A DNA stretch of 23,366 nucleotides from Craspedostauros australis (Eukaryota), in the NCBI GenBank assembly GCA_030167865.1, contig JALAGF010000066.1, forward strand, positions 62,001 through 85,366, given 5' to 3'. Of this stretch, positions 1-10,433 are shown piece after piece; positions within the stretch are counted from its first letter, which is position 1, and the number at the start of each line of letters is the position of its first letter. The notes under the pieces were generated by a model, which had not been told where the DNA came from, ran no database searches, and saw nothing but the letters and a program-made list of their open reading frames with translations. Both the position numbers and the translations under genes were made by a program.

Positions 1-1
1 G

Positions 2-2401
2 AAGGACAGTGATGCCGAGACGAATGACGCCCAGGACAATGAAGCCAACGAAGGTGAGGGCCAGGGCGACAACAAAGATCCCGACACTCCGGAAAAGGAG
101 ATCGTGGGGTACTGGGAGGATGGTCTTGCCATCTACGCGGATGGTACCAGGGAAGAGCGCAAGGTGGACAAGGAGGAGGATGATCATCGCAAGCTGACGC
201 AGGACTCCAACCAGCGCGACACGGCGGGCATGTGGGAGGAGTCATTCCAGAGCCACCCCGATTCCAAGCCAAATGGCCCCATGAGCGTGGGCATGGACAT
301 CGCATTCCCTGGTTCCAAACACCTCTTCGGTCTCCCGGAGCATGCCTCCTCCACCAAGCTCAAGACCACGACCGAGGGAGGCGGGGAGTACGGCGATCCA
401 TACCGCCTGTACAACCTGGATGTGTTCGAGTACGACCTCGATGTCCCGATGGCGCTTTACGGTGCCGTTCCGCTCATCGTCAGCCAAAGCATGGCGACCG
501 GCACTGCCGGTGCATTCTGGTTCAATCCGTCCGAAACCTTCGTGGACATCATGGACGACCAAGATATCGACGGGCAGACTTCGCACTGGATCAGCGAGAG
601 CGGAGTCGTGGACTTGTTCCTCATCCCTGGACCGTCACCGGCCGATGTTTATCGCCAGTACGCGAAGCTCACTGGAACCATGCCGCTGCCACCGATGTTC
701 AGCCTGGGTTATCACCAGTGCAGATGGAACTACAAGGACGAACCAGATGTGTATCACGTGCATGGGCAGTTCGAGAAGCTGGATTACCCGTACGACGTCT
801 TGTGGCTGGATATCGAGCACACGGACGGCAAACGGTACTTCACATGGGACAAGAACGTCTTCCCCCACCCGAAGGAGATGCAGGAGAAGCTCTGGTCTCA
901 GGGCCGTCGCATGGTCACCATCATCGACCCGCACGTCAAGCGCGACAACCACTACTACATTCACAAGGAAGCGACCGCGAAGGGCCTGTACATCAAGGAA
1001 GCAGATGGCACGACCGACTTTGATGGCTGGTGCTGGCCTGGTTCGTCGTCGTACTTGGACTTCACGGCCTCGCACGTTCGTTCCTGGTGGGCCGATCAGT
1101 TTGCGTATGACCGGTACGAGGCATCCACGCCGTCTCTGTTCACATGGAACGACATGAACGAGTTCAGCGTCTTCAACGGACCAGAAGTGACGGCGAAGAA
1201 AGACCTCCGCAACTTGCGCGGCGACGAACACCGCGAGTGGCACAACCTGTACGGCATGCTCTTCCACAGATCAACAGGAGAAGGGCAGATTCGGCGCAGC
1301 GATGACACAGCGCGTCCATTCGTGTTGAGCCGATCCTTCTTCGCCGGCAGCCAAAAGTACGGTGCCATTTGGACCGGCGACAATGCGGCGGAGTGGTCGC
1401 ATCTTGAAATCGCATCGCCAATGCTTCTCAGCCTTAACGTCGGATCGTTGTCCTTCGTCGGGGCCGATGTCGGAGGCTTCTTCGGTAACACCGATGCAGA
1501 GCTCATGACGCGATGGATGCAGGCTGGTGCCTACACACCCTTCTTCCGCGGCCACGCTCACCACGATGCCAAGCGTCGGGAACCGTGGATGTTCGGACAA
1601 GAGACCATGGTCCGACTTCGCAAGGCCGCCATGGCGCGCTACGCCTTGCTCCCGTTCTGGTACACCATCTTCTACGAGGCGGGCGTCACAGGCATGCCGG
1701 TGATGAGAACCATGTGGATGCAATATCCCAAGACGGAGGTGCTGTTCGGCACTGACGATCAATATCTCGTCGGATCAGATTTGCTGGTGAAGCCTGTCAC
1801 TGCACCCAGCGTGGTAGAAACCACCGTCAAGTTCCCCAACGATGACAGATGGTACGACGCGGAAAGCTTTGCGCTGATTGCCTCCGGCAAGGGAAAGAAG
1901 CATGGCGTCACGGAGATCACTGTCCCAAGCGACATCAACACCATTCCGGTCTTCCAGCGCGGAGGTTCCATCATCGCTCGCAAGCTGTGGCTCCGCAGAA
2001 GTTCTGAGATGATGAAGACCGATCCGTACACGCTGTACGTCGCGTTGGATGCCAGCATGTCCGCATCTGGGTACCTGTACATGGACGACGAGGTGAGCTT
2101 CGAGCACGAGAACGATTACAAGTTTGCCAAGGCGCACTTCTCTTTCAACGGTTCCTCCCTGACCAACAGCGTCGAAGTCGGTTCAGGCTGGACGCACATG
2201 CTTGGCTTGATGGAGGCAGATCGCGACGTGGAACGCATCATCGTGATGGGGCTTAACAAAGAACCCAAATCGCTGATGGAAAAGTCAAGCGGAAAGGCCG
2301 TCGACTTCGTGTATCGTGTCGTCAACGGCACCAGGATCCTCGTTGTGCGCAAGCCACAGGTGTCTGCCATCACTGACTGGGAGCTGGTCTTTGAATACTA
2401 A
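2..2401 (+). CDS. GANAB: ER glucosidase II alpha subunit (GH31 neutral alpha-glucosidase); 5'-partial, frame open from window start
   Basis: Contains PYRLYNLDVFEY, LGYHQCRWNY, WLDIEHTDGKRYFTWD, GWCWPGSS, nucleophile motif WNDMNE (1145-1162), acid/base WTGDN and FFRGHAHHD. No stop from base 2 to TAA 2399-2401. The ORF-track start at 104 is an internal GTG. Confidence 0.95.
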   Translation, partial: KDSDAETNDAQDNEANEGEGQGDNKDPDTPEKEIVGYWEDGLAIYADGTREERKVDKEEDDHRKLTQDSNQRDTAGMWEESFQSHPDSKPNGPMSVGMDIAFPGSKHLFGLPEHASSTKLKTTTEGGGEYGDPYRLYNLDVFEYDLDVPMALYGAVPLIVSQSMATGTAGAFWFNPSETFVDIMDDQDIDGQTSHWISESGVVDLFLIPGPSPADVYRQYAKLTGTMPLPPMFSLGYHQCRWNYKDEPDVYHVHGQFEKLDYPYDVLWLDIEHTDGKRYFTWDKNVFPHPKEMQEKLWSQGRRMVTIIDPHVKRDNHYYIHKEATAKGLYIKEADGTTDFDGWCWPGSSSYLDFTASHVRSWWADQFAYDRYEASTPSLFTWNDMNEFSVFNGPEVTAKKDLRNLRGDEHREWHNLYGMLFHRSTGEGQIRRSDDTARPFVLSRSFFAGSQKYGAIWTGDNAAEWSHLEIASPMLLSLNVGSLSFVGADVGGFFGNTDAELMTRWMQAGAYTPFFRGHAHHDAKRREPWMFGQETMVRLRKAAMARYALLPFWYTIFYEAGVTGMPVMRTMWMQYPKTEVLFGTDDQYLVGSDLLVKPVTAPSVVETTVKFPNDDRWYDAESFALIASGKGKKHGVTEITVPSDINTIPVFQRGGSIIARKLWLRRSSEMMKTDPYTLYVALDASMSASGYLYMDDEVSFEHENDYKFAKAHFSFNGSSLTNSVEVGSGWTHMLGLMEADRDVERIIVMGLNKEPKSLMEKSSGKAVDFVYRVVNGTRILVVRKPQVSAITDWELVFEY

Positions 2402-2635
2402 TGAGAGAAGTAGGAAGATTTACATGAAGTACAGCAATCGTCAGCACCAACGGATTGGCACTTCTACAAGCGCGATTTCACATAAATACATTGTTTCTAT
2501 TCTACGTACTGATCTGATGTGAGGGTGTTCTTGCATGCTTGAAGCAAAGTGTGGCTGTGGACGGTGTGTGCTCCTTGCGTGGTATGGTACACTTGTGTGT
2601 ATTTGCTCGCACACCTACAGATGGTTTCACCCCAA

Positions 2636-4591
2636 TCAATTCACTTGCAATAGATCACCTGTCGCAACACCGTGATCGTCACTGGTGTTGTGTTGGGCGA
2701 TATCAATCAATTGACCTTCAGTCACTGCATTGTCTAGTCCATCGGCTTTCTCTTCGTCGTCGTCACCGCTGCCAATCTGATTGCCACCAACGGCACCGTA
2801 ATCCCCGCCGAAGCTCGCCTGATCCGAATCGCTGTCCTCGTCATCGAACAGAGTGTAGGCGCCCTCGCTCTTGATGTTGTCATCGACTGAATCATCGTCG
2901 GCGTCGCTCACGAGCTGGCTGGATTCCAACTGTGCCAACCGGGTGCGCAGAGCGTTGATCTCCAAATCTCGATTCTGCAATTCGCATTGCAGGTACGTGA
3001 TGTAGCCTTCGTCGTCCGCGATTTCCTTGCGCTTCCCCATGTACGCTTCGAGCGTTCGGTCCGGATCGATACGCACGCTGTGGCCTTGTACGGCGGTGTC
3101 GCGACTGGAGAATCGCATCGTCGTTGCCTCCTTGCGGCGTCCATCCGTCTCGGTCGAGGTGGGAAGAACGGAATCAACCAGATCGATGACCTTGGTTTCC
3201 AAGTTCTGCGTCCAGCTGCGGCTCATGTCATCGTCGTAGGCTCCGATCTGCATCTTGTTCATCCGTTTGTCCTTGTAGAGCTTGAGGCGCTCGCGAAGCG
3301 TACGCGGGCTGCACATCTCATCGGGGACGGAGTTTCCAAAACCCTCCATGCGGCTGTGCGATGTGTGCATGGAACGAGATCCCATGGGCGAGGCCGTGCC
3401 TTCCATGGCTTGGAGCTGCGTCTCCGAGATGGATGTCGACGATGACACAGAGCCTTCGTCGCTGTGGTGGCTGCTGTCGAATAGCTTCGTGTTCTCCTCC
3501 ATGGCTTCGTCTGAGAAATGGAGGACGGTTTCGGAGGATTCGAGCAGCGAGGACTGCTCAGTGTCGCCCCTGTTCCTGGATCTTGACGAGAATCCAAAGA
3601 ATCGCATCTTGGAAGCGCTCTTGCTGTGAGAGCTGTTGTTCTGACGCGATGACCTGCTGCGGCCCCACAGCGACCGTCTCGACGATGATGACGATGGCAG
3701 CGGTTGTTCTCCGACACTGCCCCTGGCTTCGTAGGTGTAGCTATCATCGTCATCGTCATCGTCGTCATCCTTAAAATGGCGATCGTGGCTGTCACCATCC
3801 TCTTCGGCATTGTCAGCATGATGGTCATCATCACCATCGCTTTCATCAAAAGATGTGAAGGAGCGCGTGCCTGCCGAGGACATGCGGAATTTGCTGCCTG
3901 ACGAGTTGGCAGATTCGGCGAGTTCATCGTCTTCAGCTTCTGTGCAGGTGGCCAAGAGGGACTTGTCTTCTTCTGCACTCGAACCTGTGCTGGCTGATCG
4001 TCTCCATGACAACAGATTACGCCACGATCTCTTCGACCTTCGACGCACGATGACTTCTTCCTCCTTGGGCTTTCCGCTGTCAAGGAGGGATGTGCATTGG
4101 GAAGCATCATCGTCATCATCGTCGTCGGCATAGTCGCTGTTGAACGGTGAAAATTCGTCCACATTCTCGAAGAAGTCATCCTCTTCATCTTCGTCATGGT
4201 CCTCTTCATGACGTTTTGGTTCATTGATGTTGTCATGAACATCGTTGTAAAGCGGTTCGTTGTGGTTGGCGTCGAAGAAGGCCTCTTCCTCTTGCGCCTC
4301 CTGTTCATCTTCTTCATCGTCATCGTCGTCAGAGTCTTCGTCAGAGTCCTCCTCTTCGGTATCTTCTTCCTCATCATTGTCGCTGCCGTCATGGCTGCTT
4401 CCACCACTACTACTGCTGTCTTCATCATCGTCTGAATCAGAACCAGAACGGGAATCTTCATCTTCCTCACTTTCTTCGCCTTCGCTGCGCATTGCTTCGT
4501 CTTCGGCAAGATCAAGCTGGTCTTTCGGTTGCATTCCCAGAAGATCAATCTCCTTTTGCTCGCCTGCCATCGGCATCACTGCTGTCGCCAT
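2636..4591 (-). CDS. Uncharacterised acidic, largely disordered protein (651 aa) with a short C-terminal coiled coil
   Basis: Uninterrupted 1956-bp ORF from the first ATG at 4591 (the track start at 4645 is GTG). Long D/E/S tracts, R/S-rich patches and heptad-like YITYLQCELQNRDLEINALRTRLAQLE. No family recognised. Confidence 0.8.
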   Translation of the reverse strand: MATAVMPMAGEQKEIDLLGMQPKDQLDLAEDEAMRSEGEESEEDEDSRSGSDSDDDEDSSSSGGSSHDGSDNDEEEDTEEEDSDEDSDDDDDEEDEQEAQEEEAFFDANHNEPLYNDVHDNINEPKRHEEDHDEDEEDDFFENVDEFSPFNSDYADDDDDDDASQCTSLLDSGKPKEEEVIVRRRSKRSWRNLLSWRRSASTGSSAEEDKSLLATCTEAEDDELAESANSSGSKFRMSSAGTRSFTSFDESDGDDDHHADNAEEDGDSHDRHFKDDDDDDDDDSYTYEARGSVGEQPLPSSSSSRRSLWGRSRSSRQNNSSHSKSASKMRFFGFSSRSRNRGDTEQSSLLESSETVLHFSDEAMEENTKLFDSSHHSDEGSVSSSTSISETQLQAMEGTASPMGSRSMHTSHSRMEGFGNSVPDEMCSPRTLRERLKLYKDKRMNKMQIGAYDDDMSRSWTQNLETKVIDLVDSVLPTSTETDGRRKEATTMRFSSRDTAVQGHSVRIDPDRTLEAYMGKRKEIADDEGYITYLQCELQNRDLEINALRTRLAQLESSQLVSDADDDSVDDNIKSEGAYTLFDDEDSDSDQASFGGDYGAVGGNQIGSGDDDEEKADGLDNAVTEGQLIDIAQHNTSDDHGVATGDLLQVN

Positions 4592-5388
4592 GGTGGATCC
4601 TCGCGAGCTTCTTGCGCGCTGTCGTTCCTGGAGGATGTGCCTCACTCTGTTGTGCTCTATTCTACAACGCCTTCTTTGTTATTCGTATTGGGGTGATAAG
4701 GATGCTTCACGAACCTTCGTTTCTTCGTTCTGCCTCTTGAGTGGCTGGACTTGCTGCTGCAACACGACGACCTCGACCGATCAAGGCATTCGTATTCTAT
4801 TATATGATCTATGGTACGAATAGTCGTAAGCAACGCGCTGCACACTCTGGGCGAGGAACAGGAACAGGGGATGGCAACAGGTCACCCAAAGGTCTCTTTG
4901 TGCCCCTCCCATGCAACTCTCTCGTTGTGCACAAAAGAACACAAACCAGGCAGCACCACAAAGTGGAGGCGTTGTCGAAGCTTCGTGTTGTGCTTTTCTC
5001 TTTCGCGACGAGAAAACCGTGTGTCGTTGTTCATGTTTCCTCTCCCACCGCGAAACCGCGCGATTTTCCGTCTTGGTGAGAGATGTTTTGTGTCGTTCGC
5101 GAATTTTTGTCGGTGACCATGACCGTTACAATCCAATCGCATGAGTCAACACGTGATTCAACCTGTTTAGTCTTGTTTGACTCAGATGATCTGTCGCGAG
5201 TCTTCATTTTTCTTGTTTGTGCGCCAAAAAGGAAACATCGCATCAACCACACGCATCAAATTCTCTCCCACCGCCACCATCCATCATCGTCCACCATCGT
5301 CCACCACGCACGGATCAGCATCGTCTGCTGGTGGAAGACTGAGGGAGGGCATAAAAACGCAATCCGAAAGCGGGCCGCAGTGGGTGAC

Positions 5389-7305
5389 ATGCAACGTTCA
5401 AGTAACTGTGCTCGTAATCGGACCACCGAATCACACCGACGAACGAAGAAGAACTGTCAGACGAGACACGAGGGATTGGTGCTGCTGGTTGGCACAGCGA
5501 TTCTGACATTCTTCCTTGCCGCAGCCTTTGCAACCACGAGATCAGCAACAGTTTCTGCATTCGGATTCGAGCAGTCGCATTGCGCAAGACTGTTTGCATC
5601 AAGGCAACTGCCTCTCGCCCGACCGAAGGCTCATTCCTCCTATCTGCACCATTTGCCATCGGCTTCATTTCACATTGAGGAGGCGTTTCATCACCGCAGC
5701 AGCCCGCGACAGTCGGCAGCCATACGATCGGCATTGCAGAATCACAGGCCCACCATCGCATCCAGCAAGGCACCACAATTGCCAACAGCAACAACAACGG
5801 CGTTGGCGATGAGTGCCGTCAGTACAGATGCAACAGATGCAGAGACCGGCGATGCTGCCAATGTGAAGCCTCAGGTTTCCGCAGCCACGGGATCGAATCC
5901 TCCAGCAGCGACCAATGCCGATGATGCCAACATCGACTCTGATATGGGAAGTGTGTGCGAGGTGGTGGAAGATGATGACATTGAAACATCGTCGCTGAAT
6001 GAGGCGGACATGTCGACGCTACCGCAAGGCGCCAAGAAAGGATTCTATGTCGTGAAGCAATACAAACTATCCCCCAAGCCATTCGACATGGATCAGATCC
6101 AGAAACTGCTCGGCGACACCAACGCGGAACGACTCAAGCTGACGCCCACCAATATCACCTTGCCGCTCGCGCTCATGCTGGTGGATTCGGCGGAGTACCA
6201 CTCCGTATCGCGCGCGCGCAAGGCCTGTCGCAAGGCCAACGTCCTCATCCATCGTGGACCGCTCTTGGTGGATGAAGCGACGGGCGAGAACACCGTCTTC
6301 GACACGGAACGGTGTATTCTGGGACGTGTCGGGGACCGCGTCCATCCCGGCGACGTGCTCGGCAAGCAAGTGCGGATGGGGTGCGGGAAGTTCCCGTTCA
6401 TGGGACAAGAGGCGCCGTTCGATCTGCCGGTGGTGTACGAAGATGATTACTTCGCCATCGTCAATAAGCCAGCGGGCGTCGTTTCCATCGCCAACAAGAA
6501 GGAGGGGCATGGCAAGATGACGGTAAGGGCGGCATTGCCGTTCGCTTTGACGCCGTCCCGCGTCGGGACCTTCGCGACCCTGCGCCGTCCTCAACCCGTG
6601 CATCGGCTGGATAAGCCCACCAGCGGGTTGCTCGTGATTGCCAAGACGAAACCAGCCATGGTCAGCCTGTGTCAGCAATTCCAACATCGTGTTGTCAAGA
6701 AGGAGTACACGGCAATTGTCAACGGCATACCGAAGGAGCTGGAGGAAACGTCCATCTCCTCGCAGCAAGCCATCGAGATGGGCGTGCACGTGGAGACGGA
6801 AGCACAACACGCCGACGTGCGATGGCAGGTGGCCGACACGGATCAGGATGGAAAGCACGCCGTCACGATCTGGAGGCCCACTCGCAGCGTCGCATGCGAT
6901 CGGGCGCATAACAAGACGCTGACGTTGGTCGAGCTCAAACCCAAGACGGGACGATACCACCAGCTGCGCCGCCACATGGCGTGGGATTGCGATGCGCCGA
7001 TTGTCGGAGATTACATTTATGACATCGGGATGCGAGCTCAACTCATGCGAGATGAAGGTCTGTGTCTGTGTTCGACCAGGGTGACGTTGGAGCATCCTTA
7101 CTTCAATTCGGAGAAGGGGCGACAAATCTACGAAGACATGGCACAAGAGGACCGGCATCCAGGAGGCGGCCTTTGGTTCTCGGAGCATGACGACAAGGTC
7201 ATGGTGACCGCGTTCATCGATTTACCTGACAAATTCAACGAGCTGATGTCGGAAACACGGAAGCGACCGCGATCGAGGAGCAATGGTAATAATTCATCCT
7301 GTTGA
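5389..7305 (+). CDS. RluA/RluD-family RNA pseudouridine synthase, probably plastid-targeted; start uncertain (in-frame ATGs also at 5083 and 5119)
   Basis: Contains VVYEDDYFAIVNKPAG, catalytic PVHRLDKPTSGLLVIAK (HRLD 6601-6612), KEYTAIV and TGRYHQLRRH...PIVGD. A hydrophobic stretch ending VSA-F is followed by an S/A/R-rich segment. Confidence 0.92.
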   Translation: MQRSSNCARNRTTESHRRTKKNCQTRHEGLVLLVGTAILTFFLAAAFATTRSATVSAFGFEQSHCARLFASRQLPLARPKAHSSYLHHLPSASFHIEEAFHHRSSPRQSAAIRSALQNHRPTIASSKAPQLPTATTTALAMSAVSTDATDAETGDAANVKPQVSAATGSNPPAATNADDANIDSDMGSVCEVVEDDDIETSSLNEADMSTLPQGAKKGFYVVKQYKLSPKPFDMDQIQKLLGDTNAERLKLTPTNITLPLALMLVDSAEYHSVSRARKACRKANVLIHRGPLLVDEATGENTVFDTERCILGRVGDRVHPGDVLGKQVRMGCGKFPFMGQEAPFDLPVVYEDDYFAIVNKPAGVVSIANKKEGHGKMTVRAALPFALTPSRVGTFATLRRPQPVHRLDKPTSGLLVIAKTKPAMVSLCQQFQHRVVKKEYTAIVNGIPKELEETSISSQQAIEMGVHVETEAQHADVRWQVADTDQDGKHAVTIWRPTRSVACDRAHNKTLTLVELKPKTGRYHQLRRHMAWDCDAPIVGDYIYDIGMRAQLMRDEGLCLCSTRVTLEHPYFNSEKGRQIYEDMAQEDRHPGGGLWFSEHDDKVMVTAFIDLPDKFNELMSETRKRPRSRSNGNNSSC

Positions 7306-7318
7306 GTCCATAGTACTC

Positions 7319-7348
7319 TCTCTCTATCTCTCTAGAGAGACAGAGAGA
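7319..7348. repeat. 30-bp (CT)n/(AG)n imperfect palindrome between convergent 3' ends
   Basis: TCTCTCTATCTCTCT|AGAGAGACAGAGAGA: 14 of 15 pairs complementary around the 7333/7334 axis. Confidence 0.8.
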
Positions 7349-7419
7349 CTCCACGTTGCTCCAGAGCGCTCGAGTTGTACCAGTATCCTGCGAAGTGCAT
7401 GGCAATGTCAATGTTAGTA

Positions 7420-8937
7420 CTAATACTTTGGAAAGCTCGGGTCGATGTCCTTCCTCCACCTTTCCAACCCACCCGTGATGTTTTGCACCACTCCAATCGA
7501 TGTTGCCTCGGCTTGCTTGGCTTCTAGGAGCATCTTCGTGGCGGCCGCTGAAAATATGCCTCTCCGACACACGCAGTAGACCGGCAAATCTCCATTCAAT
7601 GACAAGTTCGATAGTGACTCCAAGCCGGTCTGCAAATCAGAGAATGACATGTTCATTGCGCCCGGCAGGGAACAGATGTCAAACTGCTCCGGGGCTCTCA
7701 CGTCCAACAGAACATGAGGCTTGCCCGATTGTCGCACCTGGAAGTAATCGGCGCATGAGATCTCCATCTCCGGTGCGAGTGGGATGGCAACGTAGTCGCA
7801 CGAAATCCCGCGTGCAACCTGCGATACCTCGTGACTATCCTGCATGCTGCAGATGGTCGGTTCGATGCCGCACACTGCGCAGTTGGACTTCTTCGGTGGC
7901 TTCTTCAAGGAAAGGAACGAACATTGCGACGCATCGTACATCAGCAACCGATCGTGCATGGTCTTCCCCATCCCCGTGATGAGTTTGATTGTCTCGGTCG
8001 CTTGCAGTATGCCGATGGTGCCTGGAACCGGTCCCAGCACGCCATTGTCTGAGCAGGTCTTGGTTCCTTCGCTTTTGCTGGGTTTGGGGTAGAGACACCG
8101 GTAGCATGGACCTTCCTTGTGGTTGTAGATTGTGAGCTGACCTTCCATGCCGATGGCGCTGCCCGAAACTAACGGTACACCGGCCAACACACACGCATCG
8201 TTGACCAGGTAGCGTGTTTGCGGGTTGTCGCTGGCATCCACGACGCACGTATGATCCGACACAAGCTGCAGGGCATTGTGGTAGGTCAGTGGCGACTGCA
8301 CAGGTTCACACCGAATGGAGGGATTGAGTTCCTTGACAGCCCGGCATGCAGACTCCGCCTTGTTCATCCCCACATTTCTCGTGCCATGGATGACCTGTCT
8401 GTGCAGATTGGACACGTCCACATGATCAAAGTCTACGATCGATAAGCGACCAACCCCGCACGCTGCGAGGTAGAGGATGACGGTGGAGCCGATGCCACCA
8501 GCCCCAACGATGAGGACGGATGATTTTGCCAGCTTGAGCTGTCCCTCCACCCCAAAGCCATGAGTCATCAGCAGCTGTCTCGAGTATCGCTCAATCTGGT
8601 TGGGATCGAGCTGCGAGACGAAGTTGCCCGTTGATTTGTCGCCAGCACTTCCGATTGCTGACGCCGACACGTGTGCTGATGTTCGCGCCTGTTTTGCCTT
8701 TGATTCATCCAGTGGAGCGTCCTTCCCATCATGAAGCTTCCTCCTTCCATCTTCGTCTTCGTCTCCCATCGCTTCTGTGCCGTCGTCGGTCTCATCGGTC
8801 TCCCCAGCTGCCTTGTTCACTTTCGAGGACGCCAACTCGGATTGCAGCGCCTCATTCTTCTTCCGGAGCTTCTGGAGCTCACGTTCCAGCTCTTCGATTC
8901 TTGCCAACTGGTCCTCGCAGTTCTTGTCAATCGTCAT
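7420..8937 (-). CDS. MOCS3: Adenylyltransferase/sulfurtransferase MOCS3/UBA4 (ThiF/MoeB + rhodanese), 505 aa
   Basis: Contains RYSRQLL, GAGGIG, DFDHVDVSNLHRQVIH, DASDN, CYRC and CAVC Zn pairs, TCSDNGVLG, rhodanese LLDVR...CRRG and C-terminal DPSFPKY. First ATG at 8937 (the track start at 8952 is TTG). Confidence 0.96.
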   Translation of the reverse strand: MTIDKNCEDQLARIEELERELQKLRKKNEALQSELASSKVNKAAGETDETDDGTEAMGDEDEDGRRKLHDGKDAPLDESKAKQARTSAHVSASAIGSAGDKSTGNFVSQLDPNQIERYSRQLLMTHGFGVEGQLKLAKSSVLIVGAGGIGSTVILYLAACGVGRLSIVDFDHVDVSNLHRQVIHGTRNVGMNKAESACRAVKELNPSIRCEPVQSPLTYHNALQLVSDHTCVVDASDNPQTRYLVNDACVLAGVPLVSGSAIGMEGQLTIYNHKEGPCYRCLYPKPSKSEGTKTCSDNGVLGPVPGTIGILQATETIKLITGMGKTMHDRLLMYDASQCSFLSLKKPPKKSNCAVCGIEPTICSMQDSHEVSQVARGISCDYVAIPLAPEMEISCADYFQVRQSGKPHVLLDVRAPEQFDICSLPGAMNMSFSDLQTGLESLSNLSLNGDLPVYCVCRRGIFSAAATKMLLEAKQAEATSIGVVQNITGGLERWRKDIDPSFPKY

Positions 8938-9495
8938 GGTCGTTGAATACAATTCGCAATGAGCATTGTACTACTACTCCATGACGATGCATGAAGTGTG
9001 TGGTTGGCGTAGCTCGTGGCAGAGTCTCCCTTTCGTTGCTCCTCTGCCTTGTCGAGTTGGAAAGGCTTCGCTTTCCTTTCGTTTTGAGAATTGGGGCTGA
9101 CGGTAAATTGGATATTACAAATATTATCGGTTTGATGCAGTGCCGAACTGAGTACAAACTTTGGCGCCTGTACTTCCTCATTGTATCAAAACTGTGACGC
9201 CATTTGTAACGACGAGTGGCGAACAATACCCCCGCCTGACATGCGACCCAACAGACCAACCAGATCCAATCCCCGAACCGTGTTTTCTGCCATCTGTCAA
9301 GAAAGACACGCAGCTTGTGGTATCTTGTCAATCCCACTGTGACAACTATTCCATTCTGCGGAACGTGTTTTGTATTCTCTCGTGCTGTCCAATCCATCCG
9401 TCAGCTGTCAACTCCAGAGAATGTCAACAAGCAGGCATAGATAGGTACCAGTTGCACTGTGGAGTACTCGTTCAAGTAGTTCAATTAGGGCAGAG

Positions 9496-9525
9496 CACAA
9501 GTACTCGCCAATGCGAGTACTTGTG
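9496..9525. repeat. Perfect 13-bp inverted repeat with 4-nt loop in the MOCS3/PUF divergent intergenic region
   Basis: CACAAGTACTCGC-CAAT-GCGAGTACTTGTG read directly. Confidence 0.85.
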
Positions 9526-10396
9526 TTGGTGTGATGGAGGAGTATTACCGTGTTTGTACGGGTACGGCAGCTCGTGGAGCATGCTGAGAGGCGAGCGAAC
9601 AGCCAGGCAACCGAAGAGGTTTTCCGCCTATCCCTGTGTTGTGGAGGATTTGGGCGGGTTGGTGGTTGTGAGGGGTGTCCCTTGGCGCGGTCTTTGTCTC
9701 GGTGGCGGTGTGTGGTGGTCTGCTGCTGCTCCTGCTGTCGCTGCTGTCGGTGTGCATGTGTGTTCTGTTGACACCATCCCCTCTCTCTCTCTCTCTGGTT
9801 GTGCCTGCTGTCGGAGGAAGCAAAGAAAGCGATAAAAGGCAACAGGAGAACACGAGAGAAGACAGGAACGAGCCACGATCGCCACGAAGCCAACGAGGCG
9901 CAACGTGGGAGAGATTTCGCGTGTCTCTGGACCAGACACGAACAATCTGTTCTCTTTCGTGTGTGATCGGAGCCTCCTTGTGTCTTTCGCAGCCTGCCCA
10001 CGAGAAATCTGTCATTCTGCCTTTCGCTGGTTGGGGACAGAGGCCGATCCCTTCTCACGGAGACTGTTGCTGCTTCCTCGTCCTCTCGTGCAACCTCGTG
10101 CTCCGCTCCCACACGGAGGTCGCCTCTGTTGTGCCTCCTCTTGGTCCCGCTCGCTCACTGGATGTCACCTCTCTCTTGGGAGCTCTTGCAAGATACCAAG
10201 CCACCATACAACCAAAGCCACCAAAATCCGAACGAAGAAGAAACAAACACAAGGAAGAGAACGAAGACGCACAAATACGCGAGAGCCAACAACATCACCT
10301 CCTCTGGGCATCAGAGAAGGAATCAACGGCGGTGGCGGTCTGGATCTCTTGCCCCTCTTGGCAGGTATTCATTTGGTCGGTGGAGCATCGCATCGA

Positions 10397-10433
10397 ATCA
10401 CATCACATCACATCACATCACATCACATCACAT
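10397..10433. repeat. (ATCAC)7 pentanucleotide microsatellite upstream of the PUF gene
   Basis: Seven perfect ATCAC units plus AT. Confidence 0.95.

Noticed and set aside
3259-4548. 429-aa Thr/Met/Lys-rich alternative-frame ORF
   Set aside because: Frame-shifted reading of GAT/GAC/GAA-rich codons of the acidic protein.
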